Of a stretch of 64,000 nt of DNA, positions 35,760 to 51,200 are shown piece by piece (positions within the stretch are counted from its first letter, which is position 1; each line of letters opens with the position of its first letter). Location: positions 1 through 64,000 of the forward strand of contig MCFE01000364.1 of NCBI GenBank assembly GCA_002104905.1, written 5' to 3'. The translations under genes were made by a program, and so were the position numbers. This DNA is from Basidiobolus meristosporus CBS 931.73 (Eukaryota > Fungi > Basidiobolomycota). The notes under the pieces were generated by a model, which had not been told where the DNA came from, did not search any database, and saw only the letters and a program-made list of their open reading frames with translations.

Positions 35760-37643
35760 GATAGTCCTCCAATCAGGTTAATTCTCCCTCTCTCAAATGG
35801 TCTCATATGCTCTAAGATGAAGAGCTTAGTAATTTCATGTGGTTGGCATTGGTTCGTTTGGCAGTTGGGCATGTTATCACCAGCTTCTCAATACCTTGTC
35901 TCATGCTAGGCCACCATGCTCTGGCTTTCACAAGGATTTGACTCCATTGATTGTTCCACTCTAGCATAATGGCTTCCCTGAGTTTGATGTCATTTACCAT
36001 AAGTATTCTTTGCTCATATGGAGGGTGGGTTCCAAGTCTTCTTCAGGTTCACCTTCTATGCTATCATGCTTAAGGGCTCCAATGCAGTTGAAGGTTCTAC
36101 ATGACTGATATACATTTCTTCTCTGAGGGCAGTATTCTGACATATGTCCTTACTGGTGGCACTTAATGCAAGGCCCATTCTTCCCATATTCATCTAAGGT
36201 AGGATTGTCCTGCCTAGCATCTTTGTTATTTGGAACTACTGTTAATGGTCTTCTATCACAGAAATATGAGTCTTTCTGATTTGTCACTGTAGGCTTTCTG
36301 GCTAAAAAAAAAGCTGAGTCATAGTCAATGGCAATCTTGATGGCTTCTGCAATAGTCTGAGGTCTTGAATAATTTACTTTCTTCCAAGTTCCTTGTTTGA
36401 ATCTATCAATACAATATTCCACTTGATGAAGGGGAGGCATTATTTCAGTTTGCCAAAGCAGACATCTATACTCATATATATTCTTGAACCATTCCTCTCT
36501 GTCTGAGGGTCTTCAGCTTCCGTCTTAACAGTTGTTGCTGATGTGAAGGCTCAAAACAATCCTGCATTTCTGACATAAACTCATCACAGGTAGAGAAAGT
36601 AGAGCTTCCCATCTTGGTAACTGACCAAATCTTGTTGTGGTATCACTACAAAACTGTATCTGCAAAGTATATGGCTACACAATGAAACATGCTTTCTGGA
36701 GCAATTCCTTTGGCCTTGAAAGCTTCTTTGCTTGGAGGTGCCAAGTTCTTAAGTTTTCATTGAGTCCACTGTGGTACTGATTGACCTTCACACTAAAGTT
36801 GTTCTTGTGAGGGCTTTGCTGGCACTAGGCAATGGTGGTCATTCAATATTGTTGCTGGCTGGGGATCTGGAGTACCTGATGCTGTTTGGCCAGGATTTGC
36901 TGCATAGCATTGATTCATTCTTAATTCTCAGACACTGTGAAGGCGGCTTCTTTATTCTTCAGGAGGGAGGTTGCAGGCTGTTTCTGCTACCAATGTTACA
37001 AGTCTTGATACATGAGTTGTAGAATAGGGAGCTTAGCCAGTAATATACTGCGCAAGCTTAAACAGGTCTGTTTAGAGGCTCAAGTTGCTACTTGAATACA
37101 TTTTGCTAGGTCAATTACTGACTGATTGTATTTGCTAATGTATGTTGTGGCTGAAGACTCTTTTGATTTTGTCATCTTCACTAGCTAGTACATAAGCAAC
37201 ATATGCTTTGCTATTTGCAGTAAATCTACTGATGAATTAGCTGACTATTACCACTAGTATGATAGAGAATAGTGAATTACTGATAGGCTAAACTTAAATA
37301 CAAATATATTCAGCTAAAAACTGACCTATTTTAAACATTATAGAGCAGTGCATATCACTAAGAAGCCATGGCTACTTCAAAACCCTATAAAAGTAATTTG
37401 ATCCCCTGCTGGATTCAGTTCAGATCAGCTATTATGATCACGCAATGATGCCATTGTAATCCTGGCAGGTTGAAATTATTTGCCCTTTACACAAGCTTAT
37501 AGCAGGATTGCAACCACACTAGCCACTACCATGGCAGTACAGCAGCCTACAGCTAGTCATATATTGCGCAACTATGCCACTTCACCTAGGTATTCCCCTT
37601 TGCTACCTCCCTTTGCACCATTTATATATTCCGTTGTAAAATC

Positions 37644-40600
37644 TGTTGCAATTTATGAAGTGATTTGGATATAAGGAACTTATCAAGAAACAGTGGTAGT
37701 GGTTAAACTGTTGTTTATCAATAAAGAAGCTCAGTATTTATACCTTTGTAGAAGTAATACAGCTGTAACACTAAGTCAGGGGGTTTATCAATATTCAGGA
37801 CCATGCTGTAATAGTTTCAGGGTTAGTATATCATAGTTAATATTAGTGCTAATTTGATTCTGATCATAGGGGAACATTCATAAGATCATAGATCTGAAGA
37901 AAGTGGCAGATTTAGAGCTGTAAATTAGTCCAACAGTGACCAAGACTAGTCCACAATTTTTAGGTAAACTTTTAGCTGTAGAATGATACCAAATAGTTCA
38001 ATATTTCAACACTCCCCCCAATTAAATAGTTTCTTAATCCTAATTCCTCCCAGAGATTCTCCAATTGTGGCCTAGCTAGTGGTTTTGCCAATATATCTGC
38101 CACCATTTTGTTAGTTGGGCAGTACACTAACTCTACTAAGTTATTTTCTACAGCTTCCCTCACAAAATGATGCTGTATATAATGTGCTTAGTTCTGGCAT
38201 GATTTGTAGGAATTCTAGCTAATGAAATACAACCTTGATTATCCTGGTAAATACATGTTGGTTCATCTGAATTAAAGCCTAAGTCTTTAAGTAATTTTTG
38301 TAGCCATGTAGACTCCTGAGTTGCATGACATGAAGCCATATATTCTGCTTCAGTTGTAGATAGGGCCACAGTTGGTTGTTTCTTTCAGTTGCAAGTAATA
38401 GTTGCACCGGCATAATGAAATACATACCCTGTGGTAGAGCGTCAGTCAATCAGATCCCTACCCCAATCTGAATCACTATAACAATCAATTTTTTGCCTAT
38501 CAGCAGGTTATCTTGATCTTGTAGACCCATCTACATCCTATTGGCTTTCTCCCATTTGGTAAATCTACCAGTTTCCATGTTCTCGCCTTGATCAGTGATT
38601 GGCACTCCTCCTGCATGGCTTGTTGCCTCATAGTAGCATCTGGACTTTGCATTGCACGCTCCAGATTCTGAGGTTTGGCACATAAAGCAAGATGAGCTTC
38701 TTCATGATCATTGGATGTCTGCCACCAGGATCCAGGGGCATTTCTTATTCTGGTAGATCTCCTAACTGGGATAATCTGTTCTGATCTGGAACTGGTAGAA
38801 GTATCTTCTGTATCTGGCTGAATTTGGTATGTATCTTCTTCATTAGTGTTGATTGCATCATCAGGCGGCTAGCCAATGAAATCTGTGGCTTTCTGATCTG
38901 CATTCTCCTCAAATAAAACATCCCTGCTCTTGATCAGCTACTGAATTTTGCCATCAAACACTCTATACCCTTTAGTATCTTCACAATACCCATGAAAGAT
39001 CCCTTTCCTACTCATTGGTTCCAACTTTAAGTGTTTTTGTCAGGGATGTGAAAAAAATATCACTGCCAAAGATCTTGAGGTGCTGGAGATCTGGTTTTTT
39101 GCTTGAATATGCTCCAAAGGGTGTAGAATCACGTAGTGCTGTTTTTGGGCATCTGTTCTTGATGTATACAGTGGAAGCAACAGATTCAGCCCAAAACTTG
39201 TAGTTCATTCCCTTATCATGTAGCATAGATCTTCCCATCTCTACTATTGCTCTATTTGCACATTCTGCTACTCCATTTTGCTGTGGAGTATGAGGAACTG
39301 TAGTCTGTTGAAGTATACCAGTAGACAAGCAGAATTTTGTAAACTCCTTTGAACAGTGTTCTCCTCCATTGTCACTTTGTAGTACCTTGAATTTAGACCC
39401 AGTTTATGTTTCTGCCATGTTCTTGAGGTGCTTAAATGTCTCTAAAGTATCATTCTTTGTTTTGAGGAAGTACACCCATGTATATCTTGTTTTGTCATCA
39501 ATACACGTCATAAAGTATCTCTTGGCTCCAAAGGACAGTGTTGTCATGGGGTCACATATGTCTGAGTGTACAATAGCCAATATTTTGGTGGTATTGATGC
39601 CTTCTGAGCTCCTGAAACATTGCCTAGCTTGTTTGCTATATGAACATCCCTTACAAACATTCAATTTGATTGGAATCAAGTATTATAGGCCCAAAACAAG
39701 CAGATTTTTCTCCAATCGGCTCATTTTCTGTTCCCCAATGTGTCCTAGCTGCTTATGCCACGTCTCCCAGTTGATTTCATCAGTTTCAGCAATGCTAACA
39801 TACTCAAGTTCAATGATTTTGCATTGTAACTTGTATATATTGTGATCTCTGATTCCCAAAGCTAATTTTTGTCCATTTATATTCAATATTGAGCAGCTCA
39901 TCTTAGTAAAAACAAATTTCAGTCCCTGAGCAGTTGCTTTACTGACTGAGAGTAAGTTCTTAGCTATTCCAGGTACATTGAGTACATCAGTGAGTCTTGC
40001 TGTTGTTGCCCCTGAGCTATTGCTCATATTTAGTTGTATAGACCCACTTGCAGTAGCTTCCAGAGCAGAGTTATCTCCCAGATAAACCTTTCTTGTGGGA
40101 ATAGTCTTTAAGTTGCAGAACCACTCCTTAATACCATAAATATACTGTGAGGCTTGAGAGTCAATATGCCATTCATTACTTTGGTTACTTGCACTCTCTT
40201 GTGCAGTTACAAATAACTGTTCATCAGTAGTTGTATAGTTTGCTTGCTCTAGTTTCTGTCTTTTGTCTGCTTGTTTCTTCTGGCATTCTCTTGCCCAGTG
40301 TCCTTGCTTTTTACAATAGTTGCAGCAACCAGGTTTTCTTTGGTTTTGTTGCTTTCTGTTCTTTTCTGAGTCCCTTTCTGAACTGACTAAAGCATTATCT
40401 TCAACTTTCTCTGCTTGCTCATTATGTCTGAGTTCTTCATGGAGAAATCTCCCTTTGAAATAGTCTATAGTCAAATTGTCTTCCCTGCTTTCAAAAGAAA
40501 GTATGAGTGGCTCATACTTGTATGGTAGGCTGCAAAGCAGACAGAGTATCTGTTGTGTTGTATTATGATTAGTTTGGGGCTTGTTCTACAATGTAGAGGC

Positions 40601-42658
40601 TAATCAAAAATATACAACAACTTCCAGTATGCTAATACTGAAATAGTTTATTGGGAGTTTGATATACCAATAGAAGATATAACTTTCACTAATTTCCTCA
40701 ATCTTAGGCTCAAAATATACTGTAGGCAGTATTTATCACTTCTACAGCAGTATTCTGACCTTCTGTCAACTAATGGGCTTATTTACTTTTATAGTAACTT
40801 TTCCTTATTTGGAAGTCACTTTCCTTTCTGAGAAAATATTTCCTATATGGAAATTCTGAACTCCCCTTTAACTTAAAGGGGTGTGTTGTAGAAGTCTCTA
40901 AAGGGGTCTTTAGACATAAAGGGGTGTCTAAAGGGGTGTCTTTAGAGTAAAGGGGCTTCTTGTAGTGGTCTCTAAAGTGGTCTTTACACTAAAAGGGTTC
41001 CTAAAGGGGCTTCTTTAGAGTAAAGGGGTTTCTCAAAGGGGTCTCTAAAGGGGTCTTTGGACTAAAGGGGTGTCTAAAGGGGTGTCTTTAGAGTAAAGGG
41101 GTTTCTTAGAGGGGACTTTTCCAACAGAAAAGTGGTAGTTTCTTGTAGAACTTAGATTGGAGTCTTGTGAGCGTTGCAGTCTCTTTACTAATGCAGTACT
41201 GATCAAAGTCAGATTACTCAACAGTGCAAGTGATGCAGGGGAAGTCTTATAACCTTTAAACTTGTAATTGTAGTGTGGAGATTCTGGAAAGAGAGGCTCT
41301 CTCTTTATTTTTCAGCTGGGGAAGTCTTATATATATGAAAATTTCAAAGGATCAAAGTTTTTGAGCAATTGCGCAAGCAATACACATGATACAAAGCTAA
41401 AATTTTGCAGTGGCGCAGATCGGACATAGGCGCAGCACCTGTAAATTTTTCACACGATTTGATTGGCTGGTTCAAAAGTTACACATGATCAAAGTCACCA
41501 TAGTAATCCTGGCCATAAGGCATAATATATTTAATAGTTGGACTCTTTTGGTCATAACTCCTTAAGTACTGCTTCAAATGAGCTGTAATTTGAAACATGT
41601 GTTGGCTACTACGTGTTCTGTATGATATAATATTCTTGGGTGGATTGCTTGTCAGGGTCTGGAGCATTTGTTCTTCAAAGCTGGAAATTCTTGATCTTTC
41701 ACTTGTGTGTTATGATAGCAAAAAGTAAAATAAAGATATGAGTGCAATATTGGTTTAGAGTTATTGTAGTAATGGAATACTTTGCATTACCACATATCTT
41801 TTCTTCATCATCTACACCAGCATTGATACTGTAAAGTTCTTCTGCAAGTGTCTCCACTCTGGTAATGACTTGTAGCATGTCATCATCTGGCTTTTTCCCC
41901 ATGTTGAAGAACTTTTGTTTGAATAAAGCTTCCTTGATACTGACTTTGACCTTAAGATCTTCTCTAAGGATTTCCATGTTGCTTTGGCAGTATTTGAGGC
42001 GTAGATTTGTTCAATGAAGGAATCTTGCACATTGATGCATATGGCATTATAGGTCTTTCTCTCCTTCTCTTGAAACTTCTCCACTTCTTCCGCTGTTCCT
42101 TTGGGCACAACTTCTTTTCCTGTGACTATATTCCAAAGCTTTCCTTCCTCAAGATGGATCTGCATCTTGATTCTCCAAAGCCTGTAGTTCATTCCATCAA
42201 ACCTCTCCTTTACAGGAAAGATGTTTATGTTGTTCTGTTTACTGGTAGAAGTCACCTTTGGAATAGATTAAGGCAGTTGGGGCTCATAACCTGTTGCAAT
42301 TTAAGAAGTGATTTGGATATAAGGAACTTATCAAGAAATAGTGGTAATAGTTGAACTGTTGTTTATTAATAAAGAAGCTCAGTACTTATACCTTTGTGGA
42401 AGTAATACAGCTGTAGCACTAAGTCAGGGGGTTTATCAATATTCAGGACCATTCTGTAATAGTTTCAGGGTTAGTATATCATAGTTAGTATTAGTGCTAA
42501 TTTGATTCTGCCTATAGGGGAACATTCATAAGATCATAGATCTGAAGAAAGTGGCAGATTTAGAGCTGTAAACTGGTCCAACAGTTACCAAGACTAGTCC
42601 ACAATTTTAGGTAAGTTTTTAGCTGCAGAATGATACCAAATAGTTCAATATTTCAACA
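37644..42658 (-). mobile_element. Ty1/Copia element, family B; RT largely deleted; solo LTR inserted in gag
   Basis: LTRs 37644-38011 and 42292-42658; TSD AAATC/GAATC; PBS GGTTATGAGCCCC (42279-42291); PPT GGGGGGAG. Gag MTSTSKQ..NYRLWRIKMQIHLEEGKLW, CNYCKKQGHWAREC, integrase PHTPQQNGVAE, RNaseH ALSTTEAEY. Confidence 0.93.
40551..41794 (-). mobile_element. Second copy of the 1.24-kb solo LTR-like element
   Basis: Reverse-complement match to 21787-23029; perfect 4-bp TSD TATC. The flanks rejoin to Copia gag EEKILCLL as seen intact at about 54410. Confidence 0.88.
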
Positions 42659-42958
42659 GAATCATTGTAATTTACTTGCTTACCAATTATCACTAAGAAG
42701 AAATTTCAAATACTACTCAAATAAACAAAGCTATGGCCTCTAGCTTCCTATCCTCTGCATAGGCACATACACTTGCTGCAATTGGCACTCTTCTATCACT
42801 TTAACTATACAGCTTTTTGGTTTGATATTCTAAAGGTTGCCCTATGCCTTTTGCTAACAGTAGCACAAACATCCTGCAAACATATGCTTGCCTGATGCCA
42901 CTTTTTACCTGAAAACCTTGTGAATATCTGAAAGATACTTTTTTGTACTAAGCAAATG

Positions 42959-43425
42959 GGTTTGTTCCAATGGATGCTGCCACATTGAGCCATGAGTGCT
43001 AAATAGTGCCATTAAGTGCCAGAGAGGCATAGCCATCCTAAGCTTGGCTACCGACTGTGAAGCATAGCTATTTATCTTCATGCAAAGCACCCACTGTGTT
43101 TCACCCCCCATGCTGAAGAAAATCAATTTTTTTGACCTTTTTTTTGATAATGTTGCGCAGGATGTGTACAAGCACAGACGGACTGAAGTCATGCATCTGT
43201 TACTCAATGCCCTTGGCACTCTAAATCTAGCTCCTGTGGCTTGTATCATATCACCAACAAGCCTAGCACTATCTTGGTCCACTGATACCCTCTAGCTTCA
43301 TATTTAAGTATTTGCACCAAAGTCAAACCTATACAAAGCACTTATAGTGCAGAATGGTATCTCTGGCAGACAATGCCACTATTTGCATCCATGGCTTAGT
43401 GTGGCACTATCAAGTGGAACAAGTC
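42959..43425. mobile_element. Foldback MITE family member with most of the right arm deleted
   Basis: The left arm and spacer align with 59793-60200; the right end GTGGCACTATCAAGTGGAACAAGTC|TA matches the 60522 terminus. Confidence 0.7.
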
Positions 43426-46400
43426 TACTGACTAAAATTGTGCTGATACTAATTGAGATTCAAGCAGCTCCTAATATGCATTTTGCCAGATAAAGAGCTG
43501 ACTAATTGTATTTCTTGATGTATTTTGTGGTTGATTACTCTTTTCATTTAATCATCCTCACCCAATTAGATCTTACTTGATATAAATATTTATGTCTGAT
43601 AATAATCTCCTGACTAATACTCCTGATTTTATAAGTAACACTGGTATTGTGATAGGCTTGGCATCAAATTAGTTGCTTTAACTAAAAATCAATTCAAATT
43701 TGTTATACAAGCATCAGATCATAACATTATCAGCAAGTCTGGAAAGCTTTTTGTTGGTAAACTAAGTCTGCTTGAGGAACTGTGTGACTGTCTGCTAATT
43801 TATAAGCTATACATATACTCTTTCAGATAATACAGGATTGTACTCTGCATTGAAGCTCAAGTATCTTGCTATTCTTTCTTCTAAGTGCCCAATAGATCTC
43901 CAACTACAAATGCTTATAGTACTCTAGTCTGAACGGAGACTACTGTTTTTTGGGCATTCTTGGACCCTGAGTGTTTGCTACCTAACCAATTTGTTCCTAC
44001 TATTGATGTCAATTCAACTGACTGAGCTCACATTCCATGATGCCTAAGATCTCGGGATGTAAGAGTTCTCCTATAGTCCTTGGTTTGCAGCAAGTTACTG
44101 CATAAAATAATAACTTTCAGGTAGTGTTGTATATTGTGACCCTGCAGGCAAACAATGTTTGCACTTTTGTGAATAGACACAAGGCAAGTGTGTTGAGCTA
44201 GCCAAGGAAAGATCAGGAAAGAACTTGAGTGTTAATGAACAAGGCAAGGCAGGTTCATGGCAAGGTTGCTTATTCAAGGCCTGTATTGACCAGACTTGGG
44301 AGCACATATGGGAGGATGGGTCTACACACTTTTTTAGCAATATATATGCTAAGTGATATTGACAAAAAATAATGATATTAAGAGGTGAGTCATGTTATGT
44401 GCGGCTAGATACAAATGCGCTAAAGAAGGAACTAGAATATCACATGGGGATATGCAGGTGGGGAGTGATTGTGTAACTTAGTCATGTGATATGTGATTAG
44501 CATTAATGCTATCAAACAACACAAGTTTCAGTGAGAAGCTTCATGCAAGAGGCTTCATTGTGTGGTGTATACTTGAGAGTTTCATGAAGCTGATGGAATA
44601 TACTGTACTTCTAGTACAGGGGTATCTTCACCAAGTTGTTCTGGCCTATTCATCTAAGACCATTAATATCAGGTGATTATGACATGGTCTTCATCTTGTT
44701 TCATATTCTGCTGGATCACCTGGCATACTTGGTGAATAATTACTAGATGGCTTATTAACCTCTGTATGACTGCATTGGTTCTAATGTGTCTAAGTCAAAG
44801 CACACACTCCTTAGTCTACTGCATTTCAATGCAGAACTCAGATACCTCAGCCGTAAATTTGCTCATTATTCAGATGAGATTACCACTAGCCTTTCAAACT
44901 TCATCTGAATCTCATGGTAAGCTGTACTTGCTACTTCCTGTCTACTACTACTGGTACAGCTTTGGGTAATAACTGCTTAGCAACCTGATGAGGTACTACT
45001 AGAGCTCATTGGTTTGATTACCTGGTGGCTGGTAGTTTCCAGTAAAGTCAATCTCTCTTCTCTTAGATGAGTGCACAAGCTCCATGAAAAAGTGTCATTT
45101 GGTTTGTTTTCATGACTTTGACTGATTTGATAACCTGTTTATATGAATAATAGCTTCCAAGTATGTTGCTGAACTTTGAGCTGCCAGGCTCTGACTTTTG
45201 GAGAGCTGTAAACTCTGTCAACTGAAAGATGTCTGTGCCCACTATGTAGCTCTTGTAATATGTCCAGATAAGAGACAAAAGGGCAGTATACAGGGAAACC
45301 TCTACCAGCTACATGGCTTTGCTTCACCTTACAATACAAGTGCACTGGATTTATGCTGGACTGTGCTCTGAATACCTTTGTCCATCACTTTGGGAGTGCC
45401 CTGGTGCGCAAGGTACTTTGTCACAGATTGAGCCAATATGGGTCATGCACCAGTTGAGTTGTGCCACTAGTCATATTCTCTATAGGGCTTTCATGACCAT
45501 TGAAGCTTGTACATCACAATGCAAAACATCTAGTTCATATAATCAAGCATACCTAGTCTGATCTGTAGTCTACTTGGCTGTACTCTGTAGGTTAATTTTA
45601 ACCAGGGTGAAGAGTTATCAGCCTTTTCAATGCCCATGACTCCTTTAATGTAGTATCTCCATGTCTTTGAGCTTTCTGTATAGCAATTGTCACTTTCTAT
45701 AGTCACTAGATAGTTTGGTTATGCAAAGCACAGATTCCGAGACTCTAATACAGCCTTGTATATCTTCCTTTCCTATTCCCAACTCACCACTTAACCTGCT
45801 GAATGATTCACAAGTTTTTTGCAGCACACAACTCTTTCCTGTAATCCTAAATTCTTGAGCTTGGTAGCTTAGCAGCTCCATTTGTAAATGTCTGAAGGCA
45901 GTCTGAATGGCTATATCCCACCATGATATGTGGCCAATCATACAAATACTGGTAAGAGCAGTTGCAATTTTAGCAGAGGATTGGGGGGAAGGCAAATATT
46001 ACAATAGCATTGAAAGAATTGCTCAATGCCATATTATAATATGAGGCTTCCTTAGATTCTTAATGTCATCCACTTTGTTAGAAACAAATGGAACACCAGC
46101 ATTTATTGCCTTATGCCCCCAATATTAATGGGGCTCTGTTAAAAGCTCAAACTTGGCAAAATTTCTACTCTGCTTGTTTTCTCTTTGCTAATTAAAACAT
46201 TATTCATGTGCACCATGTGGACATAGATTGCTTTGAAGTCCATCAATGGGTCATTACATAGATCTCTGCTGAAATATTGGAATACTTTGTGAAGATGGTG
46301 GGCTTTGGAGTCATCATGTTGCTGAGGCAAAGCTGAGGAGAAATCTGGTGACATGATATTTACAAGTCTGCATCCAGTGTAGAAGCTGCAAAGACAATAT

Positions 46401-47881
46401 TTGCTGGCTGCAATCTGATCTGGTGTTACCCTTATGTGCAGTCAGTCTTACAGAATATAGGACTTTACCATGCTTGTCTCACAGTACATCAGTACATTGC
46501 TTGGATAACTTATTCATTGGGTATCTATTTTTTGCTTGATTCCCTATCTAAGATCAAGGGTAGATTTACTGAGCTTTTGGTATATGCTGAGAAAAGATTA
46601 TGGTGGTATTTCATTAGTATTTTGGTAGTGTTCCTGCTTCAAGTATGCCAATGCAATGCTAAGCAGAAGTAATGAGCTGTGCATTACCAAATTTGCTGTT
46701 AAGGACACTTGGCCTAATATCTGCCTGGAAAAATGCATGCTATCCCATTGTTAATTTCTCTCTCTTAGAGGTAGTCTTTGGATATCCCAAGTGCTTCAGC
46801 CTTCCTGCCAAACAGCAATGAAACTCCTCATTATGACTTAATGTGTCCACATATTTGTGTTCCTGATAGTTGCCTGATTTTTCTCTTTAACTTTTTTGGA
46901 CTCAGTCACCACTGAGTATTGCCCACATTAGAGGTATCCCCTATGTGACTGGCATAGTCAGCACTGTAGACTTGTAGCTTCTCTGCAAATCCAGACTGTC
47001 AGTTGGCAATTAACAAATGCTGTTGCCTTTCTGGATCTAAGGAGCATACATCTGTTAATAATTGTTTGTGCAACAATCCAAGAGTCACAGATTGGCATTC
47101 TCATAGTCAAGCTGGCAGTTCTCCAATATGAGGGCCGGTGAGGCAGCTTCACAGTTATTAACCGTTATCTTAACAGGTTGTTGTCATTCTTACTGGCTGG
47201 GCAAAACAGTTGATAGTATGTATTTGCCAAACAATGTCAACACTGATGTTGGTATGGTGAACCACTGTATTGATACCAGCTCACCAGTTAAATAAGCTCA
47301 GGATTTACTCATCTTATGCTCCAGAATAGCATACAATTTTAACTGATACTCTCTTGATTGCTGCATGCTGGTTAAACAACCTTCTTGCGCTGGAGCTTAG
47401 AAAATACTTAGGCTAAAGCAACTCTAACTTAGTGGTTCTCTTCCAAGCCTATTATGCTATTCAGTCTTTTTTATACTGATGGCATCAGTTGGTCAGACCT
47501 ATGGCTTTTTTGTTATGATTCCCTGTCTCTGTCAAAGGTACACCCTTTTGTTTACCTTTTCCTTTATCTCAGCATGGTCTGTTACTGCTACTTTCTCTGA
47601 GTGTTCTGTATATTGCCCTACATTTTACCCCTGATTGAAGCTGTCTGGTATACCTGTTTATTCCTGCTTGTCCCTTGCTAGTACTGGCTTGGCAACTTGA
47701 CCCTACTTTGCGGCTTGTTTTAGGCTTTCAGTCCCGGTTGTGATGGGTTCCTAGGGAAGCTACTGGCCTTTATCACTACCAAATAATTCACTGATTCTTT
47801 GGCTGAGTATCCCTTAAATGGAAGTTTGATTTTTCCTCTATAGATGCAGCACTGGTGTATCTATTTATAGCTGGTTGTACA

Positions 47882-48248
47882 TGTTGCAATTTAAGAAGTG
47901 ATTTGGACATAAGGAGCTTATAAAGAAATAACAATAATAGTTGAACTGTTGTTTATTCATAAAGGAGCTCAGTATTTGTATCTTGATAGCAGTAATACAG
48001 CTATAATACTAAGCAAGGAGGGTTTCTCAACAGTCAGGAGCATTTGGAACAGTTTCAGGGTTAGTACATAATGTTTGGTAAAATGCTAATTTGATCTAAA
48101 CTATTTGGCAATAAACATCAAGTCGTAGATCTGAAGAAAGTGGGATAGTTAGGGCTGTATATTAGTTCATACAATGACCAAGACTAGCCTAGAGTGGCTA
48201 CGTAAATCTTTAGCTGCTGAATGATACCAAATAGTCTAGTATCTGAGC
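47882..48248 (-). repeat. Solo LTR of Copia family B, degenerate at one end
   Basis: TGTTGCAATTTAAGAAGTGATTTGGAC... aligns across about 365 bp with 42292-42658; no clear TSD. Confidence 0.8.
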
Positions 48249-51200
48249 TGTCCCTTACTAGTGCTCTCCAGAACACCTGAAGTTTCTTTGCTGCTTGATT
48301 GTAGCTTTTGGCTATGTTTGGAACATGCTCTTGAGGAAGCTGCTGGTGTTCAGCAGTAGTACACTTGTTGTTGTGTCTTTGAAAATTTGAGCTATTCTTG
48401 ACACACTTATTTGCAATACCAATGCTGGCTAAGACCTAGTTGCTTTTTGACCTCGGAATACTGCTTAGACAACAGTTCCAAGGCATTTACTTGATATTGG
48501 GCTCCCAATTGTCCCATGGTGCACTCTACCACAAAGTTGTGGCATGCTAAATCTCATGATGCATTGATTATTAGCCTGCTTCTCTTTCTTGCACTCAACA
48601 GCATCACAGATATAAAATAAATGGATCTGTGGGCAAGGCACATAGTGACAATCCCTCCCTCCAATGCTATTATAGGATTTTTGATGGGCTTTATCTTATT
48701 GATTGTTGTTGTGCGTCAAAGACTTACAGAGGTCCTAAGCTGTAATAGAGGCAAATAGCCCAATTTGTTGCTGTGACATTGAGCTACATTACCTTAGCTC
48801 CTTCTTTACAGCAAAGATACTACATCCTCTACTTGTGATACTGGTTGTGCTACTCTTATTACGCATTAATATTTCCCTGGTGTATTTCATGCTCTCTCTT
48901 GACCATAACACATATTCTATGAGCCTATGCACCTAATTGCCTCACTTATGCATTGGTATGAGCTTACAACATACATGCTTATACAGGTAGCAGTGACCTA
49001 ATCTTGACATTTACAGGTTTTGCATTAGAGGTACTGGGCTTGCTGTAATCTCATCTGATTAAGCATTCTGGCCTGCTTGTGTCTCCACAGAGATTCTCAA
49101 GTGCCTGTTTGACTTGGAGCATGAGGAATCAGCATTAATACCCTCAGTAGCATACAGTCCACATGTCCTTTTTGGATTTAGCTCTGCATGTTGCACTGAT
49201 TGTCACAGCAAGCTGTTATCCAACTGCTTACTGCTGTAATTTGCTGTGGTGTTTGGATAGGAGATAGACTATTTTGTTAATTTATTGGCAGCATTTACTT
49301 GGAAGTGAGGCAAACTAGACAAGAATTAGTATTAATTATATGTGCATGCATGGTGCTACAGCTGTATTTATAATGCTTACACTGATGTGTCATCTTTAAA
49401 TCTTACATTTAAGTATATTTAATGTCTAAATATAAGTATGTCTTATGGTCACATGAGTGCAGAGAATAAAGTAAAATAATAGCATTGCCGTACAGAGTTT
49501 AAGCTGTTTGCTCATAAAGAAGTTGACCTGAAGTCAAAGCTGTAAGAGAAAAAAAAGACACCATATGTGTAGTTTAACCAGCCTATCAGCTATGCAGCAT
49601 GCATACAGCATCAGAATTTTTACAAGGATCATAAGCTGTTTTTGGCTACACTGGCCATGTCTGAGCATTCACCTGTCACTACTGTTTCAGAAAAATCTTG
49701 CTGACACTTGACACCTCTGTAATGGCACCTTCTTCCACTTGACACCTTGCACAAACTGCATCCAGTGAGTATGTGACACCTTTGACCCACCTCAGCCGTG
49801 TAAATATGTCCTGCAGAGTGACACCCCCCAAGAATAATATTCATATATGAATTTTAATCCTATCTTGCTTTATAACAGTCCCCTGAATTAGCTTGACAAA
49901 TTTCAATCTGCATTGAGGCAACATCTATAGGAAAAAGTGCCTAGGATACTTTGCAAAGGCAGTGGGCCTGATAATCCATTTACTGATGAATGTTGCAATG
50001 TTCTGGTTAGAGAAGTGGCATGTTTACGCCAAATTTACCCTATCCAATCAATTGTGAAGATCCCATCAAAGGGCTGTCACAGAATATAAGCCCTGTGGCC
50101 AAGAGTTATTCATGCTATCAGGATGCCATACAAAAATTGTTAAAAATATTTACCCCAAGTTTCACACAAATCTAGGTCAAATTTTACATGGTAACAGTCC
50201 ATACATTGCTTCCAACTGGCTTGCTACCAACCCTCTGACTTCCAAGGACACATATTTACCTTGCACATTGGGGTATATTGGTTGGCAATTTCTCTGTTTC
50301 TCACTTGTTACTTCCTGACTTAACCAATGCTCTTACTTTCAATTCTTACAAACTGGTTTACTTCTGCAACCTTTGTAAAAACTCAAATTTCGGTTTTGTC
50401 AACCTATACATGTTGCTTTACACAACACTGATGCTAAGCCCAACTCCACACTCAGGAGGTAGCTTCCTCAAAATCTGCCTTTCAATAAATACTTTTGCCA
50501 TATCACTGTATTACAGGACTTTGGTAGGAAGCCTACAGCATTAGGTCATTGTTTATTCACTAGTTCCCATGCATACTGGTCCTCACCTGGTATTGTAAGG
50601 TCAAGTACCACATATGCCAGTCTAGATTTTCTTGCAATATTCAATTGATTTTTTTTTGTGCATTGTGTTTGAGAAAGTGCTGCAACCCCATTGTGTACCT
50701 ATCCTAGTTCAAATTCCACAGTAGGCATTGAGATAGTCTAGTGAGTTCTGGATGCTGGTACTCTCTCTGTTGGTGGAATCTCTACTCTGCCTACCATATA
50801 TAATGTGAGGGCTGTGGGAGACAAGTTGCCTTTCTCTGCAAACTCATTAACCTCACTGGAGTAGGGTCCAGCTGGCTTTGCTTCCAACTTTTAGAAAGCA
50901 GCTGTTTTCTTTTTTGGTAAATCTACTTTGCTAACTTGGACTTAGTCTTTTCTAGACTGATGAAGATAATCAGTGAGGACTGAAGCTTTCTTCTCAATCT
51001 TCTTTGTCTCAGGTTTGTGTATACCTTGTTCTCTGTACCTTTGGCTTTACCACAGCCAAGTCTTCTACTGCTACTGTGACTGATTGCTTTTGGTGAATTC
51101 ATTTTGCCTGCTTGTCCACTGATTTACAATTCTACTGTAGGCACTGTTGTAGTCATAGCAGCTTGTGCCACTGTTGCATTATCAGTCAGTGAGATCTGTA

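Larger units (their letters stand above)
28860..37020 (-). mobile_element. Older, internally deleted Ty3/Gypsy element that hosts the young insertion
   Basis: Gag remnant 36150-37020 (…SRPQTIAEAIKIAID…CIKC), integrase zinc finger KARAWWPSMRQGIEKLVITCPT. The integrase core RPFERGRINLIGGLS|TTRKCYW.ILVDIDHDTKWPVAK is split exactly at the GATAG TSD. Confidence 0.75.
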